A stretch of 36,914 bases of DNA. Origin: Clostridia bacterium. Lineage in GTDB: Bacteria > Bacillota > Clostridia > Oscillospirales > Acutalibacteraceae. This document shows, in pieces, positions 1-9,005 of this stretch. Numbering within the stretch: position 1 is the stretch's first letter; each line of letters begins with the position of its first letter. Under the pieces are notes generated by a model. It saw nothing but the letters and a program-made list of their open reading frames with translations. It did no database searches and was not told the origin of the DNA. Position numbers and translations under genes: made by a program. The DNA lies in the NCBI GenBank assembly GCA_017431755.1, contig JAFRKM010000089.1:1-36914 (forward strand), written 5' to 3'.

Positions 1-34
1 AAATAGAAAAATTTTTTTCACTTTGACAATAAAA

Positions 35-58
35 TTGTGGAAAATGTTGTGGAAAATG
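35..58. repeat. Perfect tandem direct repeat 2 x 12 nt (ttgtggaaaatg), with related copies at about 150-163 and 171-183
   Basis: Read directly: ttgtggaaaatg at 35-46 and 47-58. tgttgaaaatgagg (150-163) resembles tgtggaaaatgagg (48-61). attgtggaaaag occurs at 171-182. Confidence 0.8.
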
Positions 59-149
59 AGGAAAACTTTTTAAAATATATTTTCGTACAATCTGAATTTT
101 ATGCTGATTTTTGTTTTTGAAAAATAAAATAAAAAAATAAACATTAAGA

Positions 150-632
150 ATGTTGAAAATGAGGGTGGTAATTGTGGAAAAGAAAAGTCAACCAAAATTT
201 GTGTTAAAAATTCGTAGAATATCGGAAAAGGGAATTATTCCCAAAAGGGCTACAAATGGCTCTGCAGGTATGGATCTGCATGCTTGTATTGATGAAAATA
301 TAGTTTTAAAGCCGGGAGAAAGAGTTTTTATTAAATGTGGAATTGCGATTAGTTTGCCGGAAGGTTATGCAGCGTTTATTTTTCCAAGAAGTGGTCTTGG
401 TGTTAAACATGGAATAACACTTTCTAATTGTGTGGGTGTTATAGATAGTGATTATCGTGGAGAGATTGGTGTTGGACTTTATAATTTAAGCAGTGACGAA
501 TATACTATAAAACCAAACGATAGAATAGCTCAGATGGTTGTTATGCCGGTTTGTATGGTAGAAACTCAGGAAGTAAAAACTTTAGATAAAACTGAGCGTG
601 GTATAGGAGGATTTGGTTCAACAGGAAAATAA
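150..632 (+). CDS. dut: dUTP diphosphatase (dUTPase)
   Basis: Trimeric dUTPase motifs are present: GSAGMDLHA, PRSGLGVKHGI, GVIDSDYRGEI and C-terminal RGIGGFGSTGK. The true start may be GTG at 174, which follows gagggtgg at 161-168. Confidence 0.9.
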   Translation: MLKMRVVIVEKKSQPKFVLKIRRISEKGIIPKRATNGSAGMDLHACIDENIVLKPGERVFIKCGIAISLPEGYAAFIFPRSGLGVKHGITLSNCVGVIDSDYRGEIGVGLYNLSSDEYTIKPNDRIAQMVVMPVCMVETQEVKTLDKTERGIGGFGSTGK

Positions 633-660
633 AAAATGTTTTTATAGTGTGATGTATTTG

Positions 661-669
661 TGGTATAAT
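661..669 (+). promoter_or_regulatory. Putative extended -10 element (TGgTATAAT) upstream of mreB
   Basis: tggtataat read at 661-669, about 60 nt upstream of the mreB ATG. The -35 is weak. Confidence 0.35.
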
Positions 670-729
670 TTTATTTAGTTTAAAAAATATATAATTAAGT
701 AGTTTTAATTTTTAGGGGGAAATTGATAA

Positions 730-1740
730 ATGTTTTCAAAAGAAATAGGAATTGATTTGGGTACAGCGAATACTTTAGTTTTTTTAAAGGGAAAAGGAAT
801 AGTAAAAAGAGAGCCTTCTGTTGTGGCACTTGATGTTAGAAATGGTAATGTTTTAGCTGTGGGATCACAAGCTAAAGAGATGCTTGGCAGAACGCCTGGA
901 TCTATCATTGCTGTAAGGCCTCTTAAAGACGGTGTAATTGCAGATTTTGATATAACTGCAAGTATGCTTAAATATTTTATATGCAAAACTGTAAGAAGCA
1001 TGTTTTTTAGTAAGCCTAGAGTTATAATCTGTATACCTTCGGGTGTTACAGAAGTGGAAAAAAGAGCTGTGGAAGATGCCGCAAAGCAAGCTGGCGCAGG
1101 AATTGTGGAGCTTATTGAAGAACCTATGGCTGCGGCTATTGGCGCAGGACTTCCTGTTTCCGATCCGACGGGCAGTATGGTTGTTGATATCGGTGGGGGA
1201 ACATCTGAAGTGGCGGTGCTTTCGCTTGGTGACATAGTTACTTCTACATCAGAAAGAGTTGCCGGAGATAAATTTGATGAAGCAATAGTATCTTATGTAA
1301 AAAGAAAATATAATCTTCTTATTGGTGAAAGAACTGCAGAAGATATAAAAATAAAAATTGGTTCGGCGGTTCCTTTTGAAGATGAAGGTGAAATGAGCAT
1401 AAAGGGAAGAAATCTTTTAGACGGTTTACCAAAAAATATAGTAATAACAGCGGCTGAAGTTAGGGAGGCTCTTTCAGAACCTCTTAGATGTATTATAGAT
1501 GCAATAAAAAGCACACTAGAAAATACTCCACCAGAGCTTTCGGCAGATATAATTGATCATGGAATAATGTTAACAGGTGGCGGAGCACATTTAAGAGGGC
1601 TTGATCAGCTTATTTCAGAAAGTACAGGAATGCCTGTTTATGTTGCAGAAAGGCCACTTGATTGTGTTGTTGATGGTACGGGTAAATGTTTGGAAATTTC
1701 TATGCCAAAAGAGTATTACAAAGGACGTAGATCACGCTAG
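730..1740 (+). CDS. mreB: Rod shape-determining protein MreB (actin-like ATPase)
   Basis: [11 protein letters not shown] phosphate-1 motif, [26 protein letters not shown]. Followed by mreC and mreD. RBS aggggga at 713-719. Confidence 0.95.
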   Translation: MFSKEIGIDLGTANTLVFLKGKGIVKREPSVVALDVRNGNVLAVGSQAKEMLGRTPGSIIAVRPLKDGVIADFDITASMLKYFICKTVRSMFFSKPRVIICIPSGVTEVEKRAVEDAAKQAGAGIVELIEEPMAAAIGAGLPVSDPTGSMVVDIGGGTSEVAVLSLGDIVTSTSERVAGDKFDEAIVSYVKRKYNLLIGERTAEDIKIKIGSAVPFEDEGEMSIKGRNLLDGLPKNIVITAAEVREALSEPLRCIIDAIKSTLENTPPELSADIIDHGIMLTGGGAHLRGLDQLISESTGMPVYVAERPLDCVVDGTGKCLEISMPKEYYKGRRSR

Positions 1741-1779
1741 TTTTTTAGCTTTAATATTTTTTTCAGAGGTGAAATTACT

Positions 1780-2637
1780 TTGGGTTTTTTTAAAAGCAAT
1801 CAGTTTAAAGTTTTATTAGGAGTAATTTTAATTGCTTGCGGTATTATTATTTATAGTACTGTGAATACTGAAGAAAATGTTTTAGCAAATACCGTTTCCT
1901 ATATATCAGTTCCTTTGCAAAAGAGTTTTAGTAACCTTTCTAATTCTGCACATGATTTTGATTATTATTTTAAAGAAAAAGATGAGCTAAAAGACGAAAA
2001 TGAAAAGTTAAAAAAAGAAATAAGTGAACTTCGTGATACAGTTATTGATTATTATGATGTAAAAAGAGAAAATGCACGTTTTGCCAAATATTACGAATTT
2101 AAAAATTTAAATAAAAGCTTTCAATTTGTTTCGGCAGCTGTTATAGGTTCTTCTCCGGGGGATTTTTTGGGTGAATTTGTAATAGACTGTGGCTATAAAT
2201 CTGGGATTTCGGTAAATGATGCTGTCATAACAGAAAATGGTATGATAGGTGTAATTTCTCAAGTTAATTCGGTTTCTAGCAAAGTTAAAACTATTCTTTC
2301 TCCTAAAGCAAATATAGGAGCTTTAAATTCAAGAACGGGTGAAAATGGTATTGTAAATGGAGCTACTGAAAAAATCAGAGATAATCTTACAAAAATGAAA
2401 TTTGTTTCTGCCCAGAGTGATTTGCAAAACGGAGACATTGTATCAACAAGTGGCCTTAGTGGTATGTATCCAAAGAATTTAAAAATTGGAAAAATTCTTT
2501 CTGTTGATTACGACGATTATGAATCTTCTTATTATGCCACGGTTGAACCTTTTGAAAATATCAAAGATATAAAGTATGTTTTTGTTGTAACAGATTTCCA
2601 GGGCAAAGGTGAATTAAATATAGATTTAAATAAGTAG
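1780..2637 (+). CDS. mreC: Rod shape-determining protein MreC
   Basis: TTG start 7 nt after gaggtg. N-terminal TM helix and a coiled-coil (KDELKDENEKLKKEISELRD). C-terminal motif GDIVSTSGLSGMYPKNLKIGKI is typical of MreC. Position lies between mreB and mreD. Confidence 0.85.
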   Translation: MGFFKSNQFKVLLGVILIACGIIIYSTVNTEENVLANTVSYISVPLQKSFSNLSNSAHDFDYYFKEKDELKDENEKLKKEISELRDTVIDYYDVKRENARFAKYYEFKNLNKSFQFVSAAVIGSSPGDFLGEFVIDCGYKSGISVNDAVITENGMIGVISQVNSVSSKVKTILSPKANIGALNSRTGENGIVNGATEKIRDNLTKMKFVSAQSDLQNGDIVSTSGLSGMYPKNLKIGKILSVDYDDYESSYYATVEPFENIKDIKYVFVVTDFQGKGELNIDLNK

Positions 2638-2651
2638 TTTAAGGAGATAGA

Positions 2652-3173
2652 ATGAAAAAATCCGATTTTCGATTGATTTTGCGTATGTTTATTTATATTT
2701 TAGAATTTTTTTTGCTGTATTCTTTGGAACAAATTCCAGGCCTTAGTTTAAAGATATATGGAGTAAGGCCATTGATTTTAGTTCCTTTTTTTATTTCTGC
2801 TGTAGTTTTTGAAAAAGAAATGTATGCTCTTGCTCTGGGGCTTATATGTGGGGTTTTAGTGGATATTTCTTTTGGTACAACTTTAGGACTTTTTATGCTT
2901 ATTTTGGGTTTAATTGGTTATTTGACGGGTGTTTTATTTAAATATTTTATAAGAATAAATTTATTTTCTACCATGATTTTTGATTTTTTTGTTCTTGCAG
3001 CTGTAGGTTTTTTGAGGTTTTATTTTAGTTATTTTAAATTAGGAATTCAAAACAATATTTATATTTGGAATAATGTATTTATTCCAATGATATGTTATTC
3101 TGGGATTTTATTTCCTGTGGCTTATTTTTTCAATAAATACATTTATTATAAACTTAGTGAAGAGTGGGGGTGA
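2652..3173 (+). CDS. mreD: Rod shape-determining protein MreD (polytopic membrane protein)
   Basis: 173-aa highly hydrophobic multi-TM protein 14 nt after mreC and directly before PBP2. The call rests mainly on conserved gene order. Confidence 0.7.
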   Translation: MKKSDFRLILRMFIYILEFFLLYSLEQIPGLSLKIYGVRPLILVPFFISAVVFEKEMYALALGLICGVLVDISFGTTLGLFMLILGLIGYLTGVLFKYFIRINLFSTMIFDFFVLAAVGFLRFYFSYFKLGIQNNIYIWNNVFIPMICYSGILFPVAYFFNKYIYYKLSEEWG

Positions 3174-3178
3174 AAACA

Positions 3179-5158
3179 ATGAGATCTTTAAATATAAAAA
3201 GATATATTTTTCTTTTATCTTTTATTTTGATTGTTTGTGCTGTTTTCATTACTCGTTTAGTAGATTGGCAAATATTTAATGCGGAATATTATAAAACAAG
3301 GGTTAGCAGTAGTAACGTTTGTTTTTTAAAAACAGATCCAGTTAGAGGAGAAATACTGGATTGTTATGGAGAAGGTCTTGCTGTTAATGATACGGGATAT
3401 AAAGTAATATTCAACCGCTTGGCAGTAGAAAAAAGCAAAGAAAATGAAATTATTTTAAAAGCCATTGACCTTTTGGAATCACTTGATAGTGAATGGGTTG
3501 ATATATTACCTATTGGTATAAATGATAAAGATTTTTATTTTGTGGAAAATCAAGAAAGTCAAATAAAAAATTTAAAAAAATTTTTAAGTGTGTCAGAAAA
3601 CGATTCTGCTAGAAACTGTATGAATAAGCTTTGTAGTAAATATGATGTGCCGACTGATAAGTATACTGATGCGGAGCGTAGAATTCTTTGTAGTATTAAA
3701 TATAATATAGATAAAAATGGAGGAGGATACTATTCTAAATCTAGTACATATATTTTGTCTGAAAAAGTTTCCAAAGATGCGGTAATAATTATTTCTGAAA
3801 AATCAGATGAGTTGCCTGGTGTAATTATAAGAACTTCACTTGTAAGAAAGTATATAAATGGTTCAGTGGCACCTCATATTGTGGGTTATACAGGATTTAT
3901 GTCCAGTGAAGAATATGAAGAGAAAAAAGATACTTATAGTATGGATGAATTAATTGGTAAATCTGGTATTGAAAAATCTTTGGAAGATGATTTAAGAGGA
4001 ATTGGCGGTACACGTATGGTGCAAATGTCTAATGCTGGAGGAAAGATTATAAATGTTTCTGAAAAAAAGCCAGCCAAATCTGGCAACACAATATTTTTAA
4101 CTTTATCATCAAAGTTGCAAGAAGTAGCTAATAAATCTTTAAAAGAAAATGTTGAAAAAGGGCATCAAAGTGCTGCGGATTGTACTTCTGGAGCAGCTGT
4201 GGTTTTAAATGTTAAAGATTTTTCAGTTTTGGCAGCGTCAACTTACCCTAGTTATGATTTAACAAAGTTTATGGATGATAGGTCTTACTACACTAAACTT
4301 GCAGAAGATAAATCTGTCCCACTACTTAATAGAGCTTTTTTGGGAGCATATGCTCCTGGTTCAATATATAAGCCTTTGGTTGCTTGTGCTGCACTTCAAA
4401 GTGGTAAAATTAAACCTAATGAAACTATTCATTGTGGCGGAAGTTTTAATTATTATCATGGGTATAGCTTGAAATGCATGGGGGTTCATGGTTCTGCTAA
4501 TCTTTTAAAAGGTCTTTCTAAATCATGTAACGTGTATTTTGCGGAACTCGGTAGGCGCCTTGGTGCTACGCTTTTAGGAGAATATGCAAATAAATTTGGA
4601 GTTGGAGTAAAAACTGGATTAGAAATTAATGAAAGTCAAGGAGTTGTTGCTGGTCCAGAGCATACTGAAGCTGTAGGTGGGCATTGGTATGAATCTGGTT
4701 CTTCACAGGCAGCAATAGGCCAGTCAGACAACATGATAACTCCGATTCAGCTTGCTACTTATACTGCTACAATAGCAAATGGTGGTAAAAGATATCGCAC
4801 TCATCTTGTGAAAAAAATTATGGACTATGCACGTACAAAAGTTATAAAAGAAAATACACCAGAATTAATAGAAGATACTGGCGTTTCAGAGGAAAATTTA
4901 AAAGCTGTTAAAGCAGGAATGCGTGAAGTTGTCCTTAGTGGAACTGCCAGAGATTTTGCAAATTATCCTATTCCTATAGGGGCAAAAACCGGTACAGCAC
5001 AGAATTCCGGTTCTGATCACACTACTTTTATTTGTTTTGCGCCATATGATAATCCTGAAATAGCTATATCGGTAGTTATTGCTCACGGAAAATCGGGAAC
5101 TTTATCAAAAAATGTAGCTAGAGATATTATGGATGCTTATTTTAATTTGAAAAATTAA
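3179..5158 (+). CDS. mrdA: Penicillin-binding protein 2 (class B transpeptidase, elongasome)
   Basis: N-terminal TM anchor. Transpeptidase motifs SxxK (GSIYKP), SxN (KSCNVYF) and KTG (GAKTGTAQ). ATG at 3179 follows ggggtg and the mreD stop; the ORF track start at 3164 (GTG) is in frame but overlaps mreD. Confidence 0.9.
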   Translation: MRSLNIKRYIFLLSFILIVCAVFITRLVDWQIFNAEYYKTRVSSSNVCFLKTDPVRGEILDCYGEGLAVNDTGYKVIFNRLAVEKSKENEIILKAIDLLESLDSEWVDILPIGINDKDFYFVENQESQIKNLKKFLSVSENDSARNCMNKLCSKYDVPTDKYTDAERRILCSIKYNIDKNGGGYYSKSSTYILSEKVSKDAVIIISEKSDELPGVIIRTSLVRKYINGSVAPHIVGYTGFMSSEEYEEKKDTYSMDELIGKSGIEKSLEDDLRGIGGTRMVQMSNAGGKIINVSEKKPAKSGNTIFLTLSSKLQEVANKSLKENVEKGHQSAADCTSGAAVVLNVKDFSVLAASTYPSYDLTKFMDDRSYYTKLAEDKSVPLLNRAFLGAYAPGSIYKPLVACAALQSGKIKPNETIHCGGSFNYYHGYSLKCMGVHGSANLLKGLSKSCNVYFAELGRRLGATLLGEYANKFGVGVKTGLEINESQGVVAGPEHTEAVGGHWYESGSSQAAIGQSDNMITPIQLATYTATIANGGKRYRTHLVKKIMDYARTKVIKENTPELIEDTGVSEENLKAVKAGMREVVLSGTARDFANYPIPIGAKTGTAQNSGSDHTTFICFAPYDNPEIAISVVIAHGKSGTLSKNVARDIMDAYFNLKN

Positions 5159-5207
5159 AAACATTTTATTTTAAGAGTTTTAAATTAGTAAAAAAACCAA
5201 AAATATA

Positions 5208-5236
5208 TTGACATTTTTTGTAAATTGTGTTATATA
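5208..5236 (+). promoter_or_regulatory. Sigma-A-type promoter (TTGACA-17 nt-TATATA with upstream TG)
   Basis: ttgaca at 5208-5213, a 17-nt spacer, tatata at 5231-5236. It would give a leader of about 160 nt before the MGS-like gene. Confidence 0.5.
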
Positions 5237-5401
5237 TAGAATATAAAAATGATGTTTAAATTAAATATTATCATTTTATATTAAATTTTGAAATTTAAAT
5301 AGAAATCTCTTGTTAATTGTAGTATAATATCAGTATATCCTTTATTGAGATTATATTTTTAAGTAAATAAAAAAGTATTTGTTTATTAAGGGGGCAAATA
5401 T

Positions 5402-5806
5402 ATGAATATTGCACTTATTGCTCAAGATGCAAAAAAAGAATTAATGGTAAGGTTCTGCATAGCTTATTGTGGGGTGCTTAGCAAACACAAACTTTGTGCA
5501 ACTGCTGCTACCGGGAAACTTGTTTCTGAAGCTACAGGACTTAGAATAGTTAAATTTTTAAGTGGATCGCAAGGCGGGAATCAGCAAATTTCTTCTCGTA
5601 TTTCTTGTGGAGAAATTGATATGCTTATATTTTTTAGAGATGGTGTACATCCTGAATTTATCGGTCAGCCCGAAAATGATTTACTAAGACTTTGTGATGT
5701 TCATACCATACCTGTTGCAACTAATATTGCTACTGCAGAGGTTTTAATTCATGGTCTTGAAAGAGGAGATTTGGATTGGAGAGAAATTGGTAGACCTATG
5801 GTTTAA
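5402..5806 (+). CDS. mgsA: Methylglyoxal synthase-like protein with substituted catalytic residues
   Basis: Collinear with MgsA over its whole length (MNIALIA.D.KK, ATxxTG, GG.QQI, IDMLIFFRD, IPVATNIATAE). AHD is AQD, GGDQQ is GGNQQ, and the PH(D/E)PD motif is absent. RBS aaggggg lies upstream. Confidence 0.8.
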   Translation: MNIALIAQDAKKELMVRFCIAYCGVLSKHKLCATAATGKLVSEATGLRIVKFLSGSQGGNQQISSRISCGEIDMLIFFRDGVHPEFIGQPENDLLRLCDVHTIPVATNIATAEVLIHGLERGDLDWREIGRPMV

Positions 5807-5828
5807 AATTAAATATATTTTTTACTCT

Positions 5829-5863
5829 AAGCTTCTCTGAATAAGTTTTTTTCAGAGAAGCTT
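5829..5863 (+). terminator. Perfect 13-bp hairpin (aagcttctctgaa / ttcagagaagctt, 9-nt loop) with no U-tract
   Basis: Stem read directly at 5829-5841 and 5851-5863. It lies between the MGS-like stop and the hisS RBS. The missing T-run makes the terminator role uncertain. Confidence 0.4.
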
Positions 5864-5890
5864 GAAGTATTTATAGGAGGGTAAATAAAA

Positions 5891-7171
5891 GTGAATCTTA
5901 TAGCAAAAAGAATTAGAGGAATGCAGGATTTATTACCTGAAAAAAGCAAAAACTGGGAAACACTTGAAAAAATAATGAAAGAAGAAGCAGAAATTTATGG
6001 TTTTAAACTTATACGTACTCCAGTTTTAGAACAAACCGAACTTTTTGAGCGTTCGGTTGGTGGTGAATCTGACATAGTTGAAAAAGAAATGTATACTTTT
6101 AAAGATAAAGGAGATAGATCTGTTACGCTTAGGCCTGAGGGTACAGCAGGAATTCTTCGTGCAGTACTTGAAAATGGTTTAAATAATGGGCCAATGCCGC
6201 TTAAACTTATGTATGTTTCGTCTTGTTATCGCTATGAAAAGCCCCAATCGGGAAGATATCGTGAATTTTTTCAATTTGGATTAGAGGTTTTTGGTGCACC
6301 AAGTTCCGTTTCGGATGCAGAGCTAATTTGTCTTGCTCAATCTATTTTAGATAGACTTACTATTAAAAATTTAAGCTTAGAAATAAATTCTATTGGATGT
6401 AAAGAATGCAGAAAAAAATACAGTGAAGCAATGATAAATTACTTTAAAGATAATAAAGAATCTCTTTGCGAAACTTGTCAGAAAAGGCTTGAAAAAAACC
6501 CAATGAGAATTCTTGACTGTAAAGAAAAAAAATGTATTAAAATTTCCAAAGATGCGCCTGTTATACTGAATTACCTTTGTGATGAATGTGAAGATCATTT
6601 TAATAAAGTAAAGAGTTATTTGGATGTTATGAATATTAAATATACGGTAAACCCGAAAATTGTAAGAGGTCTGGATTATTACTCGAAAACGGTTTTTGAG
6701 TTTATTTGTGAGTTAGATGGTGAAAAAATAACAATTTGTGGTGGCGGAAGATATGATGGATTATCCAAAATTATTGGTGGCCCAGATTTGCCTGCAATAG
6801 GTTTTGGTATGGGAATTGAACGAATTCTTACAGTTATGGAAAGACAAGAAATAGAATTTCAAAAACCAGAAGCTACGCAAATTTTTATTGCAAACGCAGA
6901 TGAAAAATCAAAGAAAAAAGCTTTTGAGCTTTGTGAAATTATGAGAAAATCGTCTATTATAGCGGAGTGCAATATTTGTGAACGTAATTTAAAATCTCAG
7001 ATGAAATATGCAAATAAAATAAATGTTCAGTTTGTTCTTATAATAGGTGAAGAAGAAATCCAAACAAAAAAGGCCAATCTAAAAGATATGGCCAGTGGTA
7101 AAGAAATTAAAATTTCTTTAGGAGAAGATTTTATAAAAGATTTTTTAAATACACAATTTAATTTTGATTAA
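5891..7171 (+). CDS. hisS: Histidine--tRNA ligase
   Basis: Class II HisRS motifs: RGMQDLLP, MYTFKDKGDRSVTLRPEGTA, YRYEKPQSGRYREFFQFG, GGGRYDGL, GFGMGIERI, plus a C-terminal anticodon-binding domain. GTG start follows ggaggg. Confidence 0.95.
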   Translation: MNLIAKRIRGMQDLLPEKSKNWETLEKIMKEEAEIYGFKLIRTPVLEQTELFERSVGGESDIVEKEMYTFKDKGDRSVTLRPEGTAGILRAVLENGLNNGPMPLKLMYVSSCYRYEKPQSGRYREFFQFGLEVFGAPSSVSDAELICLAQSILDRLTIKNLSLEINSIGCKECRKKYSEAMINYFKDNKESLCETCQKRLEKNPMRILDCKEKKCIKISKDAPVILNYLCDECEDHFNKVKSYLDVMNIKYTVNPKIVRGLDYYSKTVFEFICELDGEKITICGGGRYDGLSKIIGGPDLPAIGFGMGIERILTVMERQEIEFQKPEATQIFIANADEKSKKKAFELCEIMRKSSIIAECNICERNLKSQMKYANKINVQFVLIIGEEEIQTKKANLKDMASGKEIKISLGEDFIKDFLNTQFNFD

Positions 7172-7873
7172 TTATTGTTGTATGTTATAGAAAAAATCAA
7201 AAATACTACAGATATTGCCATTAGTAAGTATCACATATAAGTGTTCTCTATTGTTGTTTCTAATTCTTTGTAAATGATCAATATTATAATTATTATTGTT
7301 CATCATTCTAAGAAAAAGTGAAAAACTTTCATTTTCTGCAGGTATATCTAAGCGACGAAGAAAATTAATTCCTCGATTAGTAGTAATTACATTGTTAAAT
7401 AAATTATTTAAATTATTTTGATTAATTTCTGTATTAGTGATGTCTATATGATGTAAATTGTTAATATTTGTAGATACAAAATCAATAAATATTTGGTTTC
7501 CATTAAAACGGATGGTCCCTTGGTTAGTTAGTGGTATATTGCCTAAACTAAATATTACTGATTGAGTTACGGTGGGGTCATTATTTTCATTAATTGTTAT
7601 GATAGGATTACCTTGGTATGTTATTTGAACATTGTTAGAGTTGTTTAACATACGCTCAATTAATAATAATTGAGGTGATTGATTATCGTTGTTTTGTATG
7701 AATGTTCTTGCTTGAGTAAGTGTAAAAGCAATATTAGCGTTACGATTGTTATTAAAAACGTTATTTGGCAAAAGTATACCACCTATGTCAACATTGATAG
7801 CTTGAGTTTTTAAACTGAACAAAAATATTGTAAAAATAGTTAGTAAGTAGATTTTTAAATTTTTAAATTTCAT
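7172..7873 (-). CDS. Hypothetical secreted Asn-rich protein
   Basis: 233 codons open in very AT-rich DNA. Signal peptide MKFKNLKIYLLTIFTIFLFSLKTQA. RBS aaaagggg upstream. Sits 31 nt downstream of dusB on the same strand. No family recognised. Confidence 0.6.
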   Translation of the reverse strand: MKFKNLKIYLLTIFTIFLFSLKTQAINVDIGGILLPNNVFNNNRNANIAFTLTQARTFIQNNDNQSPQLLLIERMLNNSNNVQITYQGNPIITINENNDPTVTQSVIFSLGNIPLTNQGTIRFNGNQIFIDFVSTNINNLHHIDITNTEINQNNLNNLFNNVITTNRGINFLRRLDIPAENESFSLFLRMMNNNNYNIDHLQRIRNNNREHLYVILTNGNICSIFDFFYNIQQ

Positions 7874-7904
7874 GTAATTTTCCCCTTTTAAAGTTAAAAT
7901 AATT

Positions 7905-8861
7905 TTAGTTTTTTATGTTTTTTAGTTCATCACAAAGTTCCATCAGCCTTTCTTTAGATTTAGCCAGAAAAGCTTTTTTTCTGAATTCTGATGCTCTGTG
8001 AATATTTTTAATATACTGAGCAATGTGTTTTCTGGATTCTTTTATTCCTATTTCTTCTCCTTTATATATACATAATTTATGTATATGCATTTTCATTACT
8101 CGGATTTTTTCGTTTAGTGTTGGCATTACCTTGTGGCCTTCATTAATTTCTTTGAAAATCCAAGGATTTCCCATTGCGCCTCGCCCTACAGCGATCATAT
8201 CGCAATTTGTATATATCATCAGTTTGTTGGCAGTTTCGAAATTTGTTATATCTCCGTTGCCAATTACTGGTATTTTCACATTTTCTTTTACTTTTTTTAT
8301 TATTTCTAGGTCGCTTTTCCCGGCATATCCTTGCTCTTTTGTGCGGCCATGCACTGTTATAGCATCTGCACCGGAAAGTTCGCAAATTTGTGCCACTTCT
8401 ACTGCGTTTTTGTGATTTTTATCCCAGCCGGAGCGGATTTTTACTGTGACTGGAACAGGGGATATGCTTTTTGCTGTTTTAATAATTTCTCCGCAAAGTT
8501 TTGGTTCCTTCATTAGCGCAGATCCGGAATGTTCTTTAATTATTTTTTTTGCAGGGCATCCCATATTTATGTCTATTAGGTCAATTTTATCCATATAATT
8601 TTCAAGTAATTTTATACTTTTGTAAAAATCTTCTGGGCAATTTCCAAAAAGTTGAACTGCAAAAGGTTTTTCTTGTTTGCTATGGTTTATAAGAGAGTAT
8701 GTTTTATTACTTTTGTAAATTAAACCCTTGGCGCTTACCATTTCGCTTGTAAAATACGCTGCACCAAACATTGCACATATTTCTCTGAAAGCTCTGTCTG
8801 TAATTCCTGCCATTGGTGCAAGAGAGGCTATCCCTTTAATTTTAATATTTCCAATTTTCAT
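7905..8861 (-). CDS. dusB: tRNA-dihydrouridine synthase
   Basis: Dus family motifs LAPMAGITDRAFR, DINMGCPAKK, VTVKIR, ITVHGRT, PVIGNGDI. Confidence 0.9.
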   Translation of the reverse strand: MKIGNIKIKGIASLAPMAGITDRAFREICAMFGAAYFTSEMVSAKGLIYKSNKTYSLINHSKQEKPFAVQLFGNCPEDFYKSIKLLENYMDKIDLIDINMGCPAKKIIKEHSGSALMKEPKLCGEIIKTAKSISPVPVTVKIRSGWDKNHKNAVEVAQICELSGADAITVHGRTKEQGYAGKSDLEIIKKVKENVKIPVIGNGDITNFETANKLMIYTNCDMIAVGRGAMGNPWIFKEINEGHKVMPTLNEKIRVMKMHIHKLCIYKGEEIGIKESRKHIAQYIKNIHRASEFRKKAFLAKSKERLMELCDELKNIKN

Positions 8862-9005
8862 TTTGTTTCCTTAAGTAATTTTTATTAGTTATGTGTATTT
8901 ATTTTAACATGTTTATTTTTATTGTGCAAACACTCTTTTAATATTTATTCATTTGTGGTATAACATAAGTATAGTTTGTTATTTTGTAAAAGATAGGTGA
9001 TTTTA

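Noticed and set aside
35-58. CRISPR array or minisatellite at the window start
   Set aside because: There are only two 12-nt units with no spacers and no cas genes nearby. It is too short for a CRISPR array.
705-1514. Antisense and alternate-frame ORFs inside mreB (705-1235 minus, 865-1089 minus, 1043-1237 plus, 1293-1514 minus)
   Set aside because: They lie fully inside a strongly supported mreB CDS. Their translations are low-complexity (S/P/A/T-rich or K/F-rich), typical of frame shadows, and they have no SD sequence.
5807-5890. T-box or other aminoacyl-tRNA-synthetase leader upstream of hisS, and likewise upstream of gltX and glnS
   Set aside because: The intergenic spaces are 84 nt for hisS, 23 nt for gltX and 12 nt for glnS. 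All are far too short for a T-box leader of about 200 nt, and no specifier or T-box sequence is evident.
8023-8516. 130-aa, 62-aa and 61-aa plus-strand ORFs and an 80-aa minus-strand ORF inside dusB
   Set aside because: They are embedded in the well-supported dusB gene. The sequences are hydrophobic or low-complexity, with no motifs and no SD. These are shadow ORFs.
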